64,000 nucleotides of DNA from a bacterium (GTDB taxonomy: Bacteria > UBA10199 > 2-02-FULL-50-16 > JAJFLM01), in the NCBI GenBank assembly GCA_965216315.1, contig CBDCFN010000016.1, positions 1-64,000 on the forward strand, written 5' to 3'. The position numbers were made by a program, and so were the translations under genes. Positions within the stretch are counted from its first letter, which is position 1; each line of letters opens with the position of its first letter. Below, piece by piece: positions 51,948-61,316 of the stretch. The notes under the pieces were generated by a model that saw nothing but the letters and a program-made list of their open reading frames with translations, was not told where the DNA came from and ran no database searches.

Positions 51948-53219
51948 TTAAAAGGTTGGCTCTTCGGGAAAGGCGTTCGGATTTGGAAGTTGCACGTCCG
52001 AAGCCTGCGGCAGTGCCAGAAAACCTTCGTTGCCGACATTGATGCCGAGGTCGAGACAATTATTGCGGTCAGTCCCGTTGCCCGTATTGAGGAGGGCGCA
52101 GACGTCGCGATAAGAAAAGTCTGCGCCGATCGGTCCGAACTCACTTCCTTCAATTTCGGCCGAACCACTCCAAAAGATCGCATTTTCGCGCCACCGGCTC
52201 AGGTATTGGCCGAAGGCGGGTGGGTCGGCCGGATCGTTACTGAGAACTTCAAAACTAAATTGGAGTGTCTTTTCAACTTCATCCAGTGTTGTTGCAGTGG
52301 GCAGGCCGACCTGATCAACTTTTATGTGGGTGCTGTTGGAAATCGCCGTTTCCAGGGTTGTTGGATCGAATATCTCGAGGACCTGCGTATAATCCAAGCT
52401 TTCATTCAGCGGGGTGAGCGGTGATTGATGATCAAAGAGTAGCTTAAACGCGAGACGATGAGGTCCGGCGACAAGGTTCACAATGGGTTCGACGATAAGC
52501 TCGGCAGCGCCCGGATTTGTTTCGTCTGCAATCGTATTCGGATTATCTTCGATAGGCAAACGCGTGAAGTAGCCTGCCAGGGTGCGGACAAAATTACCGG
52601 TTCCGTCCTCGTCAACCCAGAGACGGAGACAGACCGGCTTGAGTTCATCGAGCAGTGCCTCCGTCGGACAGGTGCCGGTAGTTGTTTCGACCGGACAAGT
52701 ATTCCCGGTGCATCCCAGCGTTGAGCCGGTTCCCGCAAAATCAAAATCAGCGAAGTCGATTTTGACGTCGTTTCCTTTAAAGAAGCGGCCGTCTTCCGTG
52801 GCGGTGCCGGCAAAGGTTGTCACTGTCGGACTTACGGGGATCTCGAGACCGTTGAGTTCGGTCAACATCTCATCGAGTAGATCGTTAACGCCGAGAAACT
52901 TCTCGCCTAAGGTGATGGCGTCCGAAAATTCACCGTTTGGTGGCACTTGAGCCAACAAGGTTTGCGCTGGGCTGACGGTGCTGACATCGATACTGACATC
53001 CTTGGGAAAGCGGAAGAAGGAGGGGATTTCAGCAGGCGGTGCCGGGGCGGCCGGGATGGTTCCATCGCCACCCTCAACCCCATCGCCGGGTGCGTTCGGA
53101 GCCGGTCCGGTCCCTCCGGAACAGTGAGCCAGCAGCAGGAGGGCCACGAGGCCATAGCGGGACCAACTCCAAATCCGGGTGAGATATGAGGTATTAGAGG
53201 AGGACAATTTTAACACCAA
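51948..53219 (-). CDS. Lipoprotein, paralog family member 2
   Basis: LAHC; PAAPAPP, DFADFDF, FWSGS and C-terminal PTF. Confidence 0.85.
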   Translation of the reverse strand: MVLKLSSSNTSYLTRIWSWSRYGLVALLLLAHCSGGTGPAPNAPGDGVEGGDGTIPAAPAPPAEIPSFFRFPKDVSIDVSTVSPAQTLLAQVPPNGEFSDAITLGEKFLGVNDLLDEMLTELNGLEIPVSPTVTTFAGTATEDGRFFKGNDVKIDFADFDFAGTGSTLGCTGNTCPVETTTGTCPTEALLDELKPVCLRLWVDEDGTGNFVRTLAGYFTRLPIEDNPNTIADETNPGAAELIVEPIVNLVAGPHRLAFKLLFDHQSPLTPLNESLDYTQVLEIFDPTTLETAISNSTHIKVDQVGLPTATTLDEVEKTLQFSFEVLSNDPADPPAFGQYLSRWRENAIFWSGSAEIEGSEFGPIGADFSYRDVCALLNTGNGTDRNNCLDLGINVGNEGFLALPQASDVQLPNPNAFPEEPTF

Positions 53220-53405
53220 TTAGGGGTTATTTTACTCTTTTTAATGGGGGGTGTAAAACGTCGAAATTATTATCAAAATGATATATTTTAGATGTTTACA
53301 ATGAAGTGCTTTTCTAACTTATTAATTTAATGTAAATTTAGGCCTGAACTCTTGAGGGATAAATTGTGATCCACTCGTGGGAGTGAGTCTAACTGGGGGG
53401 AGCCC

Positions 53406-56400
53406 TTGTTCAGGAAGTCGGTTTTTTTGACGCTGTGTTGTCTGCTGGCGTGCCTCGCGTTCACCGCGTGCTCCACGGGAGTGAATTTTCAGTCCATTGA
53501 TTCCACCGAAAGCGAGGGCGACGATCCGCTTGATGAAGCGCTGGGTCTCAGTGAGGATTACAGCCAGTTAGTTGCGACGACCACCGGGACCGCCGCGCTG
53601 ACCGCCTTAGGTTTTGCTACGGGGGGACTCGAGAACCCGGGGTTGAATGCCCTCAAGGGAATCCAGCCGTTTAAAGCGCAAACGCCTCCCGATCAATGTA
53701 CTGACAATATTTTTTCCGCACAAAATTGTCCGGGCGGTGGCGTCGTAACCCTTACAGGTTCCTGCGAGTTGACCGAGTCTGCCGATTGTCTTTTGGCGCT
53801 GCAACTTCAGGTCAATTTTGACGCCTGTGTCATGGGGGATAACCCGCCGATGACGGGGTCCATCAATGCGATGTTGGAGGTCAACATTGCCGGCTGTGAT
53901 TATGCGAATGGAACCGTGACGGTCAACGTCAAGACCGAGGGCGTGGTGACCGTTGGCGAGGGCGATAGAGCCGTTAACGTCGAGGGCCTGAAAGCAATCG
54001 TGACCTTCATCTTTGATGCCGGCAAAGGACTCATTTCGGTTGAAGCGAGTCAAATTTCGGCCAAAGTTCATACCGGGGAGATCAGTTGTCTGGCTGAGGC
54101 CCCCGCCGGTTTCGAATGTTTCTTCGATGCGGATAGTGATTTTGTTCCCGATGGGGCGGACAATTGCCCGCTCTTTCCCAACCCCAGTCAGACGGATCTC
54201 GATGAGGATGGGGTCGGTGACATCTGTGACAATTGTCTTGCCGTGCCCAATCCGGATCAGTCGAATGCGGACGGGGATCTCTTCGGAGATGCCTGCGATC
54301 CCTGTCCGGACGATGCGACGGATTCGTGTCCCATCCTTCCCGATGGTGTCCTGGCGTTTTGTGATGATTTAGGTGGTCCTGGTGGACCGGATCCGATCCC
54401 GGTGACGCCGTGCGAGACGGACGATGATTGTCCGCCTGCGGTGGACGGGACGCAGGCGTTCTGCGGTAACACCAAGGTCTGTGTCATCGTCCGTGAGCCC
54501 ACGAGCTGCGACCTGAGTTTAACATGTCAGGGAGCCGGTGATTGTCCGCCGCCGTCATCGCCCAGCGAGATTGTTAACTGCATCGGAGGTCGTTGTTGTA
54601 TGACTCCGGAAGAAGAACCGGCCAATCCCTGTGAGGGTCCACCGCCGACCTGCGATTTTGGTGACCCGGGATCGGACACCATGTGCAATAGCATCGGCGA
54701 AAGCTGCGGCTTTGGCCCCGGCGGCGTCTGTTGCGAAGGCAACTTCTGCGGACATCCTGATACGGGAGGCTGTGACCCGCAACCCGAGCCGGTTCCGGTT
54801 ACTAAGCTGCAGGCCCAGGTTGTCGAGCCGATATGTATCACGTGCACGGACTTGGGACCGGTCACGGAGACCGGAGAAATCAATCCTGACTGCGACAAGC
54901 AATGGGGGCTGGATCGTTGGGTTTGTGTCGAGGAAGTGAATGGCGAGCGGGGTCAGCTGTGTTGCCAGCCCTTGGTAGAGCCGCCACCGACACGCGTCTG
55001 CGGGCCGACGGATGCTTGTGACGAGGATGCGGATTGTCCCAGCAATGGACACTGTGATCGAGAGCTTTGTCAGTGTGTGAAGGACGGCCCCAGTTTTACT
55101 CCCTGTGACGAGGATGCGGATTGCATCCCGGACGAGCAGGCCTGCATACTCGAGCGCTGCACGCCGGTAGGATCGTGTGAGAGCGATGCCGATTGTCCCG
55201 GAGGGCTCTGCAACATTTCGGAAGAAAGCCCAACCGGCAAGTGCGCACCGCGCTGTGATACGGGGGCGATGTGTCAAGGTGACGGCGATTGTGGGGGAGA
55301 CCCACTACTCGGTCACTGTGATACGAACAACAATGTATGTGTCTGTCGCGTTTTGGGTCCGTTGCCTCCCTGTGAGCCCAATCTGCAATGCTTTGAGGAT
55401 GCCGACTGCGGACCCGGTGGGATCTGTGATCCCAATACCAAGCCGACGGTGCCGGGCGGCAACGGCGGCTGTCTCTGTCCGGCTGGTTCCTTCTGTGGAG
55501 ATGGGCTCTTACAAGAGGGCGAGGGCTGCGAACTCAATACGAATAACCCCGAATGCCTCTGCCCCGATCCGCTGACCTGCAATCCGACGACCTGCCAGTG
55601 CGAGGAATTCATCGTCAATCCGGAGAAGTGTGAATCGAAGTTTAGTTGCAACAATTCGGCATCAAATGTCCCCGACGGACAGAGTTGTGCCGATGTTGTT
55701 GGCGACGGTTCGACGTGTGATGAAGGTTTCTGTTGCACGATTCCGCCGCAAAACTTCTGTCCGGAGGATTGTGAGACGATCGGTGGGACCTGTACCGATA
55801 CTATTCCAGGCAGTGGTGGCGAGCAGATTTTAAATGGAGATCTGCTCTGTCTGACGACCGACGAGGCCGTGTGTGCGAACTTGAATCTCGGACTGCCGGC
55901 GCCCTTTGCGATTTATGTCGGGGAGGGGGACCCCGCCGGCGGCTGTGCGACGCTGGAAGCGGAAGCGCAGTTCGGTTTTGCCGTCGATGAGAACGGCTGT
56001 TGCGATGTCAGTGGGGCCCAGGATTTCTGTACCGGTGCCTGTCCTCCCGAGAGTTGCTTTAACGCCGGTTCCATCGCTTTCTGTCTGGATGAGTGCCCAC
56101 CGCTCGGTGGGGAGATTCCGGTAGGCTGTGCCGTATACGGTCAAGACGTCTGTAACGCGATCGAGGATATTGGAGCGCCGCCGAGTACCTGTATAGATGG
56201 GTGTTGTGTTGATAGTGGAGCCAGCCTCGGTGCGTGTTGTGATGACTCGGCCAATTGTTTTGGACCGATGAGCGAAGCGGACTGCGGAACGGCCCCTTTT
56301 CCAACGTCGTGGGTCGAGGGCGGGACCTGTGAGCCGAATTCCTGCGGGGCTCCACCCCCACCGCCTCCACCGGCGGGGGCGTGTTGTGATGACTCGGCCA

Positions 56401-56759
56401 ATTGTTTTGGACCGATGAGCGAAGCGGACTGCGGAACGGCCCCTTTTCCAACGTCGTGGGTCGAGGGTGGGACCTGTGAGCCGAATTCCTGCGGGGCTCC
56501 ACCCCCACCGCCTCCACCGACGGGGGCGTGTTGTGATGACTCGGCCAATTGCTTTGGACCGATGAGCGAAGCGGACTGCGGAACGGCCCCTTTTCCAACG
56601 TCGTGGGTCGAGGGCGGGACCTGTGAGCCGAATTCCTGCGGGGCTCCACCCCCACCGCCGGCCGTTGAGGATTGTACGAATCGCATCGATGATGACGGTG
56701 ATGGTGCCGTGGATTGCGCCGATCGAGATTGCGCGCTCGATGCCGCTTGCGCACGTTAG
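53406..56759 (+). CDS. Giant Cys-rich lipoprotein with thrombospondin type-3-like repeats and GACC repeats
   Basis: Lipobox FTAC; DNCP..PNP.Q.D.D.DG.GD.CD repeats; many C..D.DC modules; terminal EDCTNRIDDDGDGAVDCADRDC. Confidence 0.88.
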   Translation: MFRKSVFLTLCCLLACLAFTACSTGVNFQSIDSTESEGDDPLDEALGLSEDYSQLVATTTGTAALTALGFATGGLENPGLNALKGIQPFKAQTPPDQCTDNIFSAQNCPGGGVVTLTGSCELTESADCLLALQLQVNFDACVMGDNPPMTGSINAMLEVNIAGCDYANGTVTVNVKTEGVVTVGEGDRAVNVEGLKAIVTFIFDAGKGLISVEASQISAKVHTGEISCLAEAPAGFECFFDADSDFVPDGADNCPLFPNPSQTDLDEDGVGDICDNCLAVPNPDQSNADGDLFGDACDPCPDDATDSCPILPDGVLAFCDDLGGPGGPDPIPVTPCETDDDCPPAVDGTQAFCGNTKVCVIVREPTSCDLSLTCQGAGDCPPPSSPSEIVNCIGGRCCMTPEEEPANPCEGPPPTCDFGDPGSDTMCNSIGESCGFGPGGVCCEGNFCGHPDTGGCDPQPEPVPVTKLQAQVVEPICITCTDLGPVTETGEINPDCDKQWGLDRWVCVEEVNGERGQLCCQPLVEPPPTRVCGPTDACDEDADCPSNGHCDRELCQCVKDGPSFTPCDEDADCIPDEQACILERCTPVGSCESDADCPGGLCNISEESPTGKCAPRCDTGAMCQGDGDCGGDPLLGHCDTNNNVCVCRVLGPLPPCEPNLQCFEDADCGPGGICDPNTKPTVPGGNGGCLCPAGSFCGDGLLQEGEGCELNTNNPECLCPDPLTCNPTTCQCEEFIVNPEKCESKFSCNNSASNVPDGQSCADVVGDGSTCDEGFCCTIPPQNFCPEDCETIGGTCTDTIPGSGGEQILNGDLLCLTTDEAVCANLNLGLPAPFAIYVGEGDPAGGCATLEAEAQFGFAVDENGCCDVSGAQDFCTGACPPESCFNAGSIAFCLDECPPLGGEIPVGCAVYGQDVCNAIEDIGAPPSTCIDGCCVDSGASLGACCDDSANCFGPMSEADCGTAPFPTSWVEGGTCEPNSCGAPPPPPPPAGACCDDSANCFGPMSEADCGTAPFPTSWVEGGTCEPNSCGAPPPPPPPTGACCDDSANCFGPMSEADCGTAPFPTSWVEGGTCEPNSCGAPPPPPAVEDCTNRIDDDGDGAVDCADRDCALDAACAR
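56229..56659 (+). repeat. Intragenic tandem repeat, about 2.9 copies of a 147-bp unit (49 aa)
   Basis: The gcgtgttgtgatgactcggcc unit start recurs at 56232, 56379 and 56526; copies are nearly identical. Confidence 0.95.
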
Positions 56760-56784
56760 CTTTCCACGCCAATGCACCGGATGA

Positions 56785-57909
56785 CTAAAAAGTCGGTGCC
56801 TCCGGAAAATCAAAAAAGGTGAAATCGCTCTCCTTGGCGAAGTCGATAAACTCGATGCCCTCGACGTCGATGTTGAGGTCCTGGCAGATCCCGCGGTTGA
56901 CCTCGTTACCCGTCGACAGTTGGGCACAGACATTACTGAAGTTGCTTTCGATGTCGGGGAAGAGATCGAGGAACTGATCGTTGCCCGCGAGAGACCCGCT
57001 CCAGAAGTCGCGGTCTTGGAGGTAGCTGCCGATATACTTGACGGTATCGGGCAGACCCGAGGGCCGTTGGAAGTCGAAAGATTCGCTGAGATTGATCGTC
57101 TTCTGTGCGAACCCTTCCGGGCCTTGTTGGGAGATAATCGCGCGGGTCAAGGTGAGCGCGAAGGCCTCCGGCGGGCTGAAGCGTGCGGCCTCCGTACGGA
57201 TGTCTTCGGGATCGGCATGGTTGTACACGGCGATGAAGCGCTCGTCGACCGGTGACAGCAAGGTCGTTGGCGTGCGGACCTTGAGCTGACCGATGCCGGG
57301 GTTGTCATCCGTAGGAATCTGCTCAAACACCGCCCCGAGAAGTGCTTCGCCATCGGCCCACATCCGGACGCAGATCGGCCGGATTTGATCGGCCGTCGTC
57401 TCGCTCGGACACGTCGCCGGATTGCCGGCGACCGGACAGGTCGTTCCACTGCAACCGTCGAGATTCCCATCGCCGTTAAAATCGAAGTCGGTGAAATCGA
57501 GTTTGAGCTCGGCGGTGACTCCCGGCCCGACCGGGAAATCCGCCATGGCCGTGAATTGGGTCAGCGTGCTATCGACCGGGATATTGATGGTCCGGATCGG
57601 ATCTAACACCGCGCCGAGGATGTCGTTGTAACCGGAGATGCGATTTTCCGCGATGTTAATTTCGGCGGAGAATTCGCCGCCGCTGCCGACAAAGGCGGAC
57701 AATGAAGGGCTCGGCTCGAGTGCAAGTTCATCGACGTTGATACGTGGATCGGGAAAGAGAAACGTGCTGGGTAGCTCAACCGGAGGAGCCGGCGGTGCGG
57801 CCGGAATCGTGCCGCCATCACCGGGGATGGAATTGCCGCCGGCGCAGGCAGCGATTGTTACCAACAGGAACGGGAGCGCGCATAGACGTACCCACCACCT
57901 AAAACCCAT
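56785..57909 (-). CDS. Lipoprotein, paralog family member 3
   Basis: Lipobox IAAC; PAAPPAPP, DFTDFDFNG, FWSGS and C-terminal PTF. Confidence 0.85.
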   Translation of the reverse strand: MGFRWWVRLCALPFLLVTIAACAGGNSIPGDGGTIPAAPPAPPVELPSTFLFPDPRINVDELALEPSPSLSAFVGSGGEFSAEINIAENRISGYNDILGAVLDPIRTINIPVDSTLTQFTAMADFPVGPGVTAELKLDFTDFDFNGDGNLDGCSGTTCPVAGNPATCPSETTADQIRPICVRMWADGEALLGAVFEQIPTDDNPGIGQLKVRTPTTLLSPVDERFIAVYNHADPEDIRTEAARFSPPEAFALTLTRAIISQQGPEGFAQKTINLSESFDFQRPSGLPDTVKYIGSYLQDRDFWSGSLAGNDQFLDLFPDIESNFSNVCAQLSTGNEVNRGICQDLNIDVEGIEFIDFAKESDFTFFDFPEAPTF

Positions 57910-57973
57910 TTTTGTATTGTAGCGCCTTGGCGGGGAAGAACCAAGCAGAAGCATTCGTACTAACTCATTGATA

Positions 57974-59470
57974 TTAAATGAGTTTTTGCTCGATTGCGCG
58001 CAGCTGTTGGAAGAAGGTTTCCTTGGCTTTTTCGATGACGAGGGGGACGATTTCCGGGTCGAGAAAAGCGGTATTCGCTAAGGGCCCTAAGGTGACCTGG
58101 GCGACCTCAACATTGTCTTTTTTGCGCAGATTGCGGATGTGCTCGTCGATGCGGGAGCGACGCACCAGGTCCGCGAGGCGCGTGATGACGTTGAGGTATT
58201 CGACCAGTGGCAATTTCTGTAACAATCCGGAAGAGAGAACCTTCCAGCCGGAGAGTTGCGGGAAGAGGTTGACGGTGAGGATGAACAATTTTTTCTTGTC
58301 TGTGCGCTTGGCCCGCCGATCATGCTTCCACTTTTCATAGACCGAAGGTAGTGGCAGCTCCTCGGAAATGCCACCGTCGATATATGTGACCTGGGTTTTG
58401 CCGCGCCGGATGATACGGGGAACGAAGAGGATGGGGATGGCGGTCGAGGCAAGGACAGCATCCATTGGAGAACAGCGTTTAATCAGCCCGTCATAATTTT
58501 TGCTGACAATTTTTTCCGAGGTCAGGACTTCATTCCGGTTGGAGCTGACATTGTAGGCAATCGCGAAAAAAGGAATTTCGGGGCGTTTGTAATGAGCGAT
58601 CTTCTTGAGTGATTCTTCCAGGGCGTGCTGAATGTCGACGAAGCCTTTCAGGCCGACACCCTGACCGGAGAAGGCCTTGGTAAAACTGTTAAACAGGGAA
58701 CGACTCAACGAAAAAGAGCGTTTGGGTTGGAAATTGAGGCCAAATTTTTCGTGGTAGATGCGATAGCCTTCCTGTTCGATGATCTCATGATCGGCTCCCA
58801 GTGCATAGGCCAAGCCGGCAATGGCGCCGCCACTACAGCCCCAGACTTCTTCGATGGCGTCTTTGGCCCCGAGTTCCTCGATCAATTTGAAAATGGAGGG
58901 ATGCGCAAAGAGACGCAGTCCACCGCCGCCTAATGAAATGACGAAACGGGTTTCAGGGTCAGTCATGCGTTGCAGGAGCTTCGGAAACAACTCTTTGAGC
59001 TGACGGGGCGGCCGCTTGCGTTTGCGTCGATCCCAGTGCCAGCGGTAATGGCGTTTGCCGCCCGGACGATCGAGGACAAAGGTGCCTGGGATCTCTTTAA
59101 GAGTGCGACCGTAATAGACGGGCGTCGGTACTTTGCCGTCTTTCTTGTGTGCGAGGGCATAGGCCATCACTTCAGTCTGAACGTCTTCCGGCGGAAGGCG
59201 ATGGAGCAGGCGATCGAGCGGATAGATAATGCGCATGCCCATCTCATGAGGGACAAGTTCTTTGATTATCTTGAGGTCGTATTGTTTGACGCGCAGATAT
59301 TTGAGACTGATTGCTGAGACGTAATAACTACGACTGGGTCCCTTATGGAGGCGACACTTGTCCTGCTGTTCGATGCGCCTCACGTCCTGCGCCCGGAGGC
59401 GAATCTGATAAACACGGCTTTTGACCGAAACTTCTTCTGAAAATTGAGTTGTTCGTACCATCAAACCCAC
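57974..59470 (-). CDS. Patatin-like phospholipase with an N-terminal extension
   Basis: SLGGGGLR, GCSGG (GxSxG), ASTAIP and DGG. Confidence 0.85.
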   Translation of the reverse strand: MGLMVRTTQFSEEVSVKSRVYQIRLRAQDVRRIEQQDKCRLHKGPSRSYYVSAISLKYLRVKQYDLKIIKELVPHEMGMRIIYPLDRLLHRLPPEDVQTEVMAYALAHKKDGKVPTPVYYGRTLKEIPGTFVLDRPGGKRHYRWHWDRRKRKRPPRQLKELFPKLLQRMTDPETRFVISLGGGGLRLFAHPSIFKLIEELGAKDAIEEVWGCSGGAIAGLAYALGADHEIIEQEGYRIYHEKFGLNFQPKRSFSLSRSLFNSFTKAFSGQGVGLKGFVDIQHALEESLKKIAHYKRPEIPFFAIAYNVSSNRNEVLTSEKIVSKNYDGLIKRCSPMDAVLASTAIPILFVPRIIRRGKTQVTYIDGGISEELPLPSVYEKWKHDRRAKRTDKKKLFILTVNLFPQLSGWKVLSSGLLQKLPLVEYLNVITRLADLVRRSRIDEHIRNLRKKDNVEVAQVTLGPLANTAFLDPEIVPLVIEKAKETFFQQLRAIEQKLI

Positions 59471-59534
59471 TTCTCGCCGCTACAATCCACTAAGCTACAC
59501 AACTAACTCAGAATCAGCTTACCACATTATCGTG

Positions 59535-60437
59535 CTAGAACCACTCTTTCGCTTTTTCCTCAATATCGTGTTGTTTACGGGAGTGGAGCACTTTGCCGCG
59601 GCGGAGGACCAATTGGTCATTGCAAAATAGTTGAACAGCGCGACAAAGGACCTTGGATTCCAGTTTTTGGCCCTTGCTAATAATATCGGGAATTTTGTCC
59701 TTGAGTTTATCGACGCTAAAGCTGCCTTGAGTGATGATCGGTCCTTGATCGAGATCCGTTGTGGCAAAGTGAGCCGTCACCCCCGCAATTTCGACGCCCT
59801 TGTTAAAGGCCTGGGCATAAGGCATGGCACCCGGAAAGGCGGGGAGTAAACTTGGATGAATGTTGATGATGCGGTCCTCGTAACGGAAGCAAAATTCGGG
59901 GGAAAGGATTTGCATGTAGCGCGCCAAGATAATGACGTCAGCCTGAATCTCTTGGATGTGGCGGATGAATTCGGCCTCATGTTTCTTCTTGTTGTCAGCA
60001 GGATAAAAATAAAAGGGGATGTCGAGTCGACGTGCGACCGGCGCTAAATCTTCTCGATTACTAAGGATGGCCTTGGGCCGGGCCTTGATCTTCCCGCTCC
60101 TCATCTCTTTTACGAGGGCGCGCAGGCAGTGCGGTTCTTTAGTGACGAGCAACGCGGCGTTTTTGATGCGGCGGGCCTTTTCGGCGACAAGTTCCGTTTC
60201 CATGCCGATTTTCTTGCCGGTCCGAGCGAGCGAAGCACGAAAACTATCGAGGCTTTGCTTGAGGCCGCTAACATCGACGACCATATTCATGACCAAGTAG
60301 CCTTCAAGGATGCGTTGGTCGATGTCTTCGATGTTGAGCTGATGCTTGAAGAGAAAAGTTGTGATGCGGGCGATGATCCCCTTTTGGTCGGGGCCCGAAA
60401 TACGGATGCGGGCAAGTTTCTTTCGACGGGCTGGCAT
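59535..60437 (-). CDS. purU: Formyltetrahydrofolate deformylase
   Basis: ACT domain (GPDQKGII), LARYMQILS, INIHPSLLPAFPGAMPY and LDQGPII. Confidence 0.93.
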   Translation of the reverse strand: MPARRKKLARIRISGPDQKGIIARITTFLFKHQLNIEDIDQRILEGYLVMNMVVDVSGLKQSLDSFRASLARTGKKIGMETELVAEKARRIKNAALLVTKEPHCLRALVKEMRSGKIKARPKAILSNREDLAPVARRLDIPFYFYPADNKKKHEAEFIRHIQEIQADVIILARYMQILSPEFCFRYEDRIINIHPSLLPAFPGAMPYAQAFNKGVEIAGVTAHFATTDLDQGPIITQGSFSVDKLKDKIPDIISKGQKLESKVLCRAVQLFCNDQLVLRRGKVLHSRKQHDIEEKAKEWF

Positions 60438-60500
60438 AGCAGTCTCGCCATTGTCTAAGCCCCTGCTATGATTGTCAAATCAGCATTTCACTCCCCAATG

Positions 60501-60517
60501 TGTTAAAAAAATATACA
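60501..60517. promoter_or_regulatory. TGT-N11-ACA candidate upstream activator sequence (distal)
   Basis: tgttaaaaaaatataca in the AT-rich intergenic region. Confidence 0.4.
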
Positions 60518-60631
60518 ATTGAGCACTAAATAAAGATACATATTGTTTATTTTAAAATAAACAAATAATATCAGCAATTTATCAGGTAAATCTCTTAATT
60601 TTAATTATAGAATTATATTATAATAAATTAA

Positions 60632-60648
60632 TGTAAAATATATATACA
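60632..60648. promoter_or_regulatory. TGT-N11-ACA candidate upstream activator sequence (proximal)
   Basis: tgtaaaatatatataca, about 75 bp upstream of the sigma54 -24 element. Confidence 0.5.
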
Positions 60649-60722
60649 TGTCACTTGCTTTTAGGTGTAAAATATAAATAACATCAATAAATTCAAATAG
60701 TTAAATTGATGGCGGCCGCTAT

Positions 60723-60738
60723 TGGCACGCTCTTTGCT
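60723..60738 (+). promoter_or_regulatory. Sigma54 (-24/-12) promoter
   Basis: TGGCAC-gctct-TTGCT, a perfect consensus match. Confidence 0.85.
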
Positions 60739-60786
60739 CTTAATCTGGGTATGGGGATCACAACTAACACCAGAGAGGGCAATAAA

Positions 60787-61140
60787 ATGAAGCTAAAGGC
60801 ATTAATTATTTTGGGACTTACCGTTATCGGTATCAGTCTGTCGGCCAAGGCGAATGCCATGGGCATGATCTACTTTGAGCAGAATATTTCGAATCGGGGC
60901 TTGGTAACCTTTCAGACCGGGACGCCAACGAGCCCCATCATGAAGGAATCCGGCACCCAACGGTCCACTGAATTGCAAGACGCGATTGCGGAAGCCGGTG
61001 CGGATCTGAACGCGGAGACGAGAAATCAACTGACTCAGGTCTTAGCGACAGCAGTGGCAGGCGACAAACAGACGACCTTGGACGTGCTCAAGGCCGCGGT
61101 TGACGTTCTCAGTGCGGCGGAAGAAGAAGCCGGCTACTAA
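60787..61140 (+). CDS. Small secreted hypothetical protein
   Basis: GAGAGGG RBS; signal peptide MKLKALIILG...AKANA. Confidence 0.8.
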   Translation: MKLKALIILGLTVIGISLSAKANAMGMIYFEQNISNRGLVTFQTGTPTSPIMKESGTQRSTELQDAIAEAGADLNAETRNQLTQVLATAVAGDKQTTLDVLKAAVDVLSAAEEEAGY

Positions 61141-61198
61141 CCACGATATCTTCGTCTTGCCAGTAATCCCCAAAAATTGAATCATCCCGTTAAGTTAG

Positions 61199-61238
61199 CG
61201 ACAGGACCCGCCCTGAGATCTCAGGGCGGGTCCTGTCG
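61199..61238 (+). terminator. Perfect 40-bp palindrome, probable terminator
   Basis: cgacaggacccgccctgaga|tctcagggcgggtcctgtcg followed by ttt. Confidence 0.65.
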
Positions 61239-61316
61239 TTTGAGGCTTGACAATATGTGGCCAATCACTAATGTCAGCGGGTTGGTTTTGGGTTTACACG
61301 ATTTAAGGAGTAGCAG

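Noticed and set aside
53220..53405. Sigma54 or sigma28-like promoter in the AT-rich divergent region of the lipoprotein cluster
   Set aside because: Only partial matches; no -24/-12 pair or GCCGATAA-like box found.
56229..56659. Possible CRISPR array
   Set aside because: Contiguous in-frame units with no unique spacers and no cas genes.
55830..56933. Long repetitive - strand ORFs (367, 237 and 181 aa)
   Set aside because: Antisense readings of the 147-bp repeat in the Cys-rich gene.
60706..60786. N-terminal extension of the 60787 ORF given in the ORF track
   Set aside because: It overlaps the sigma54 promoter; the RBS and signal peptide point to ATG 60787.
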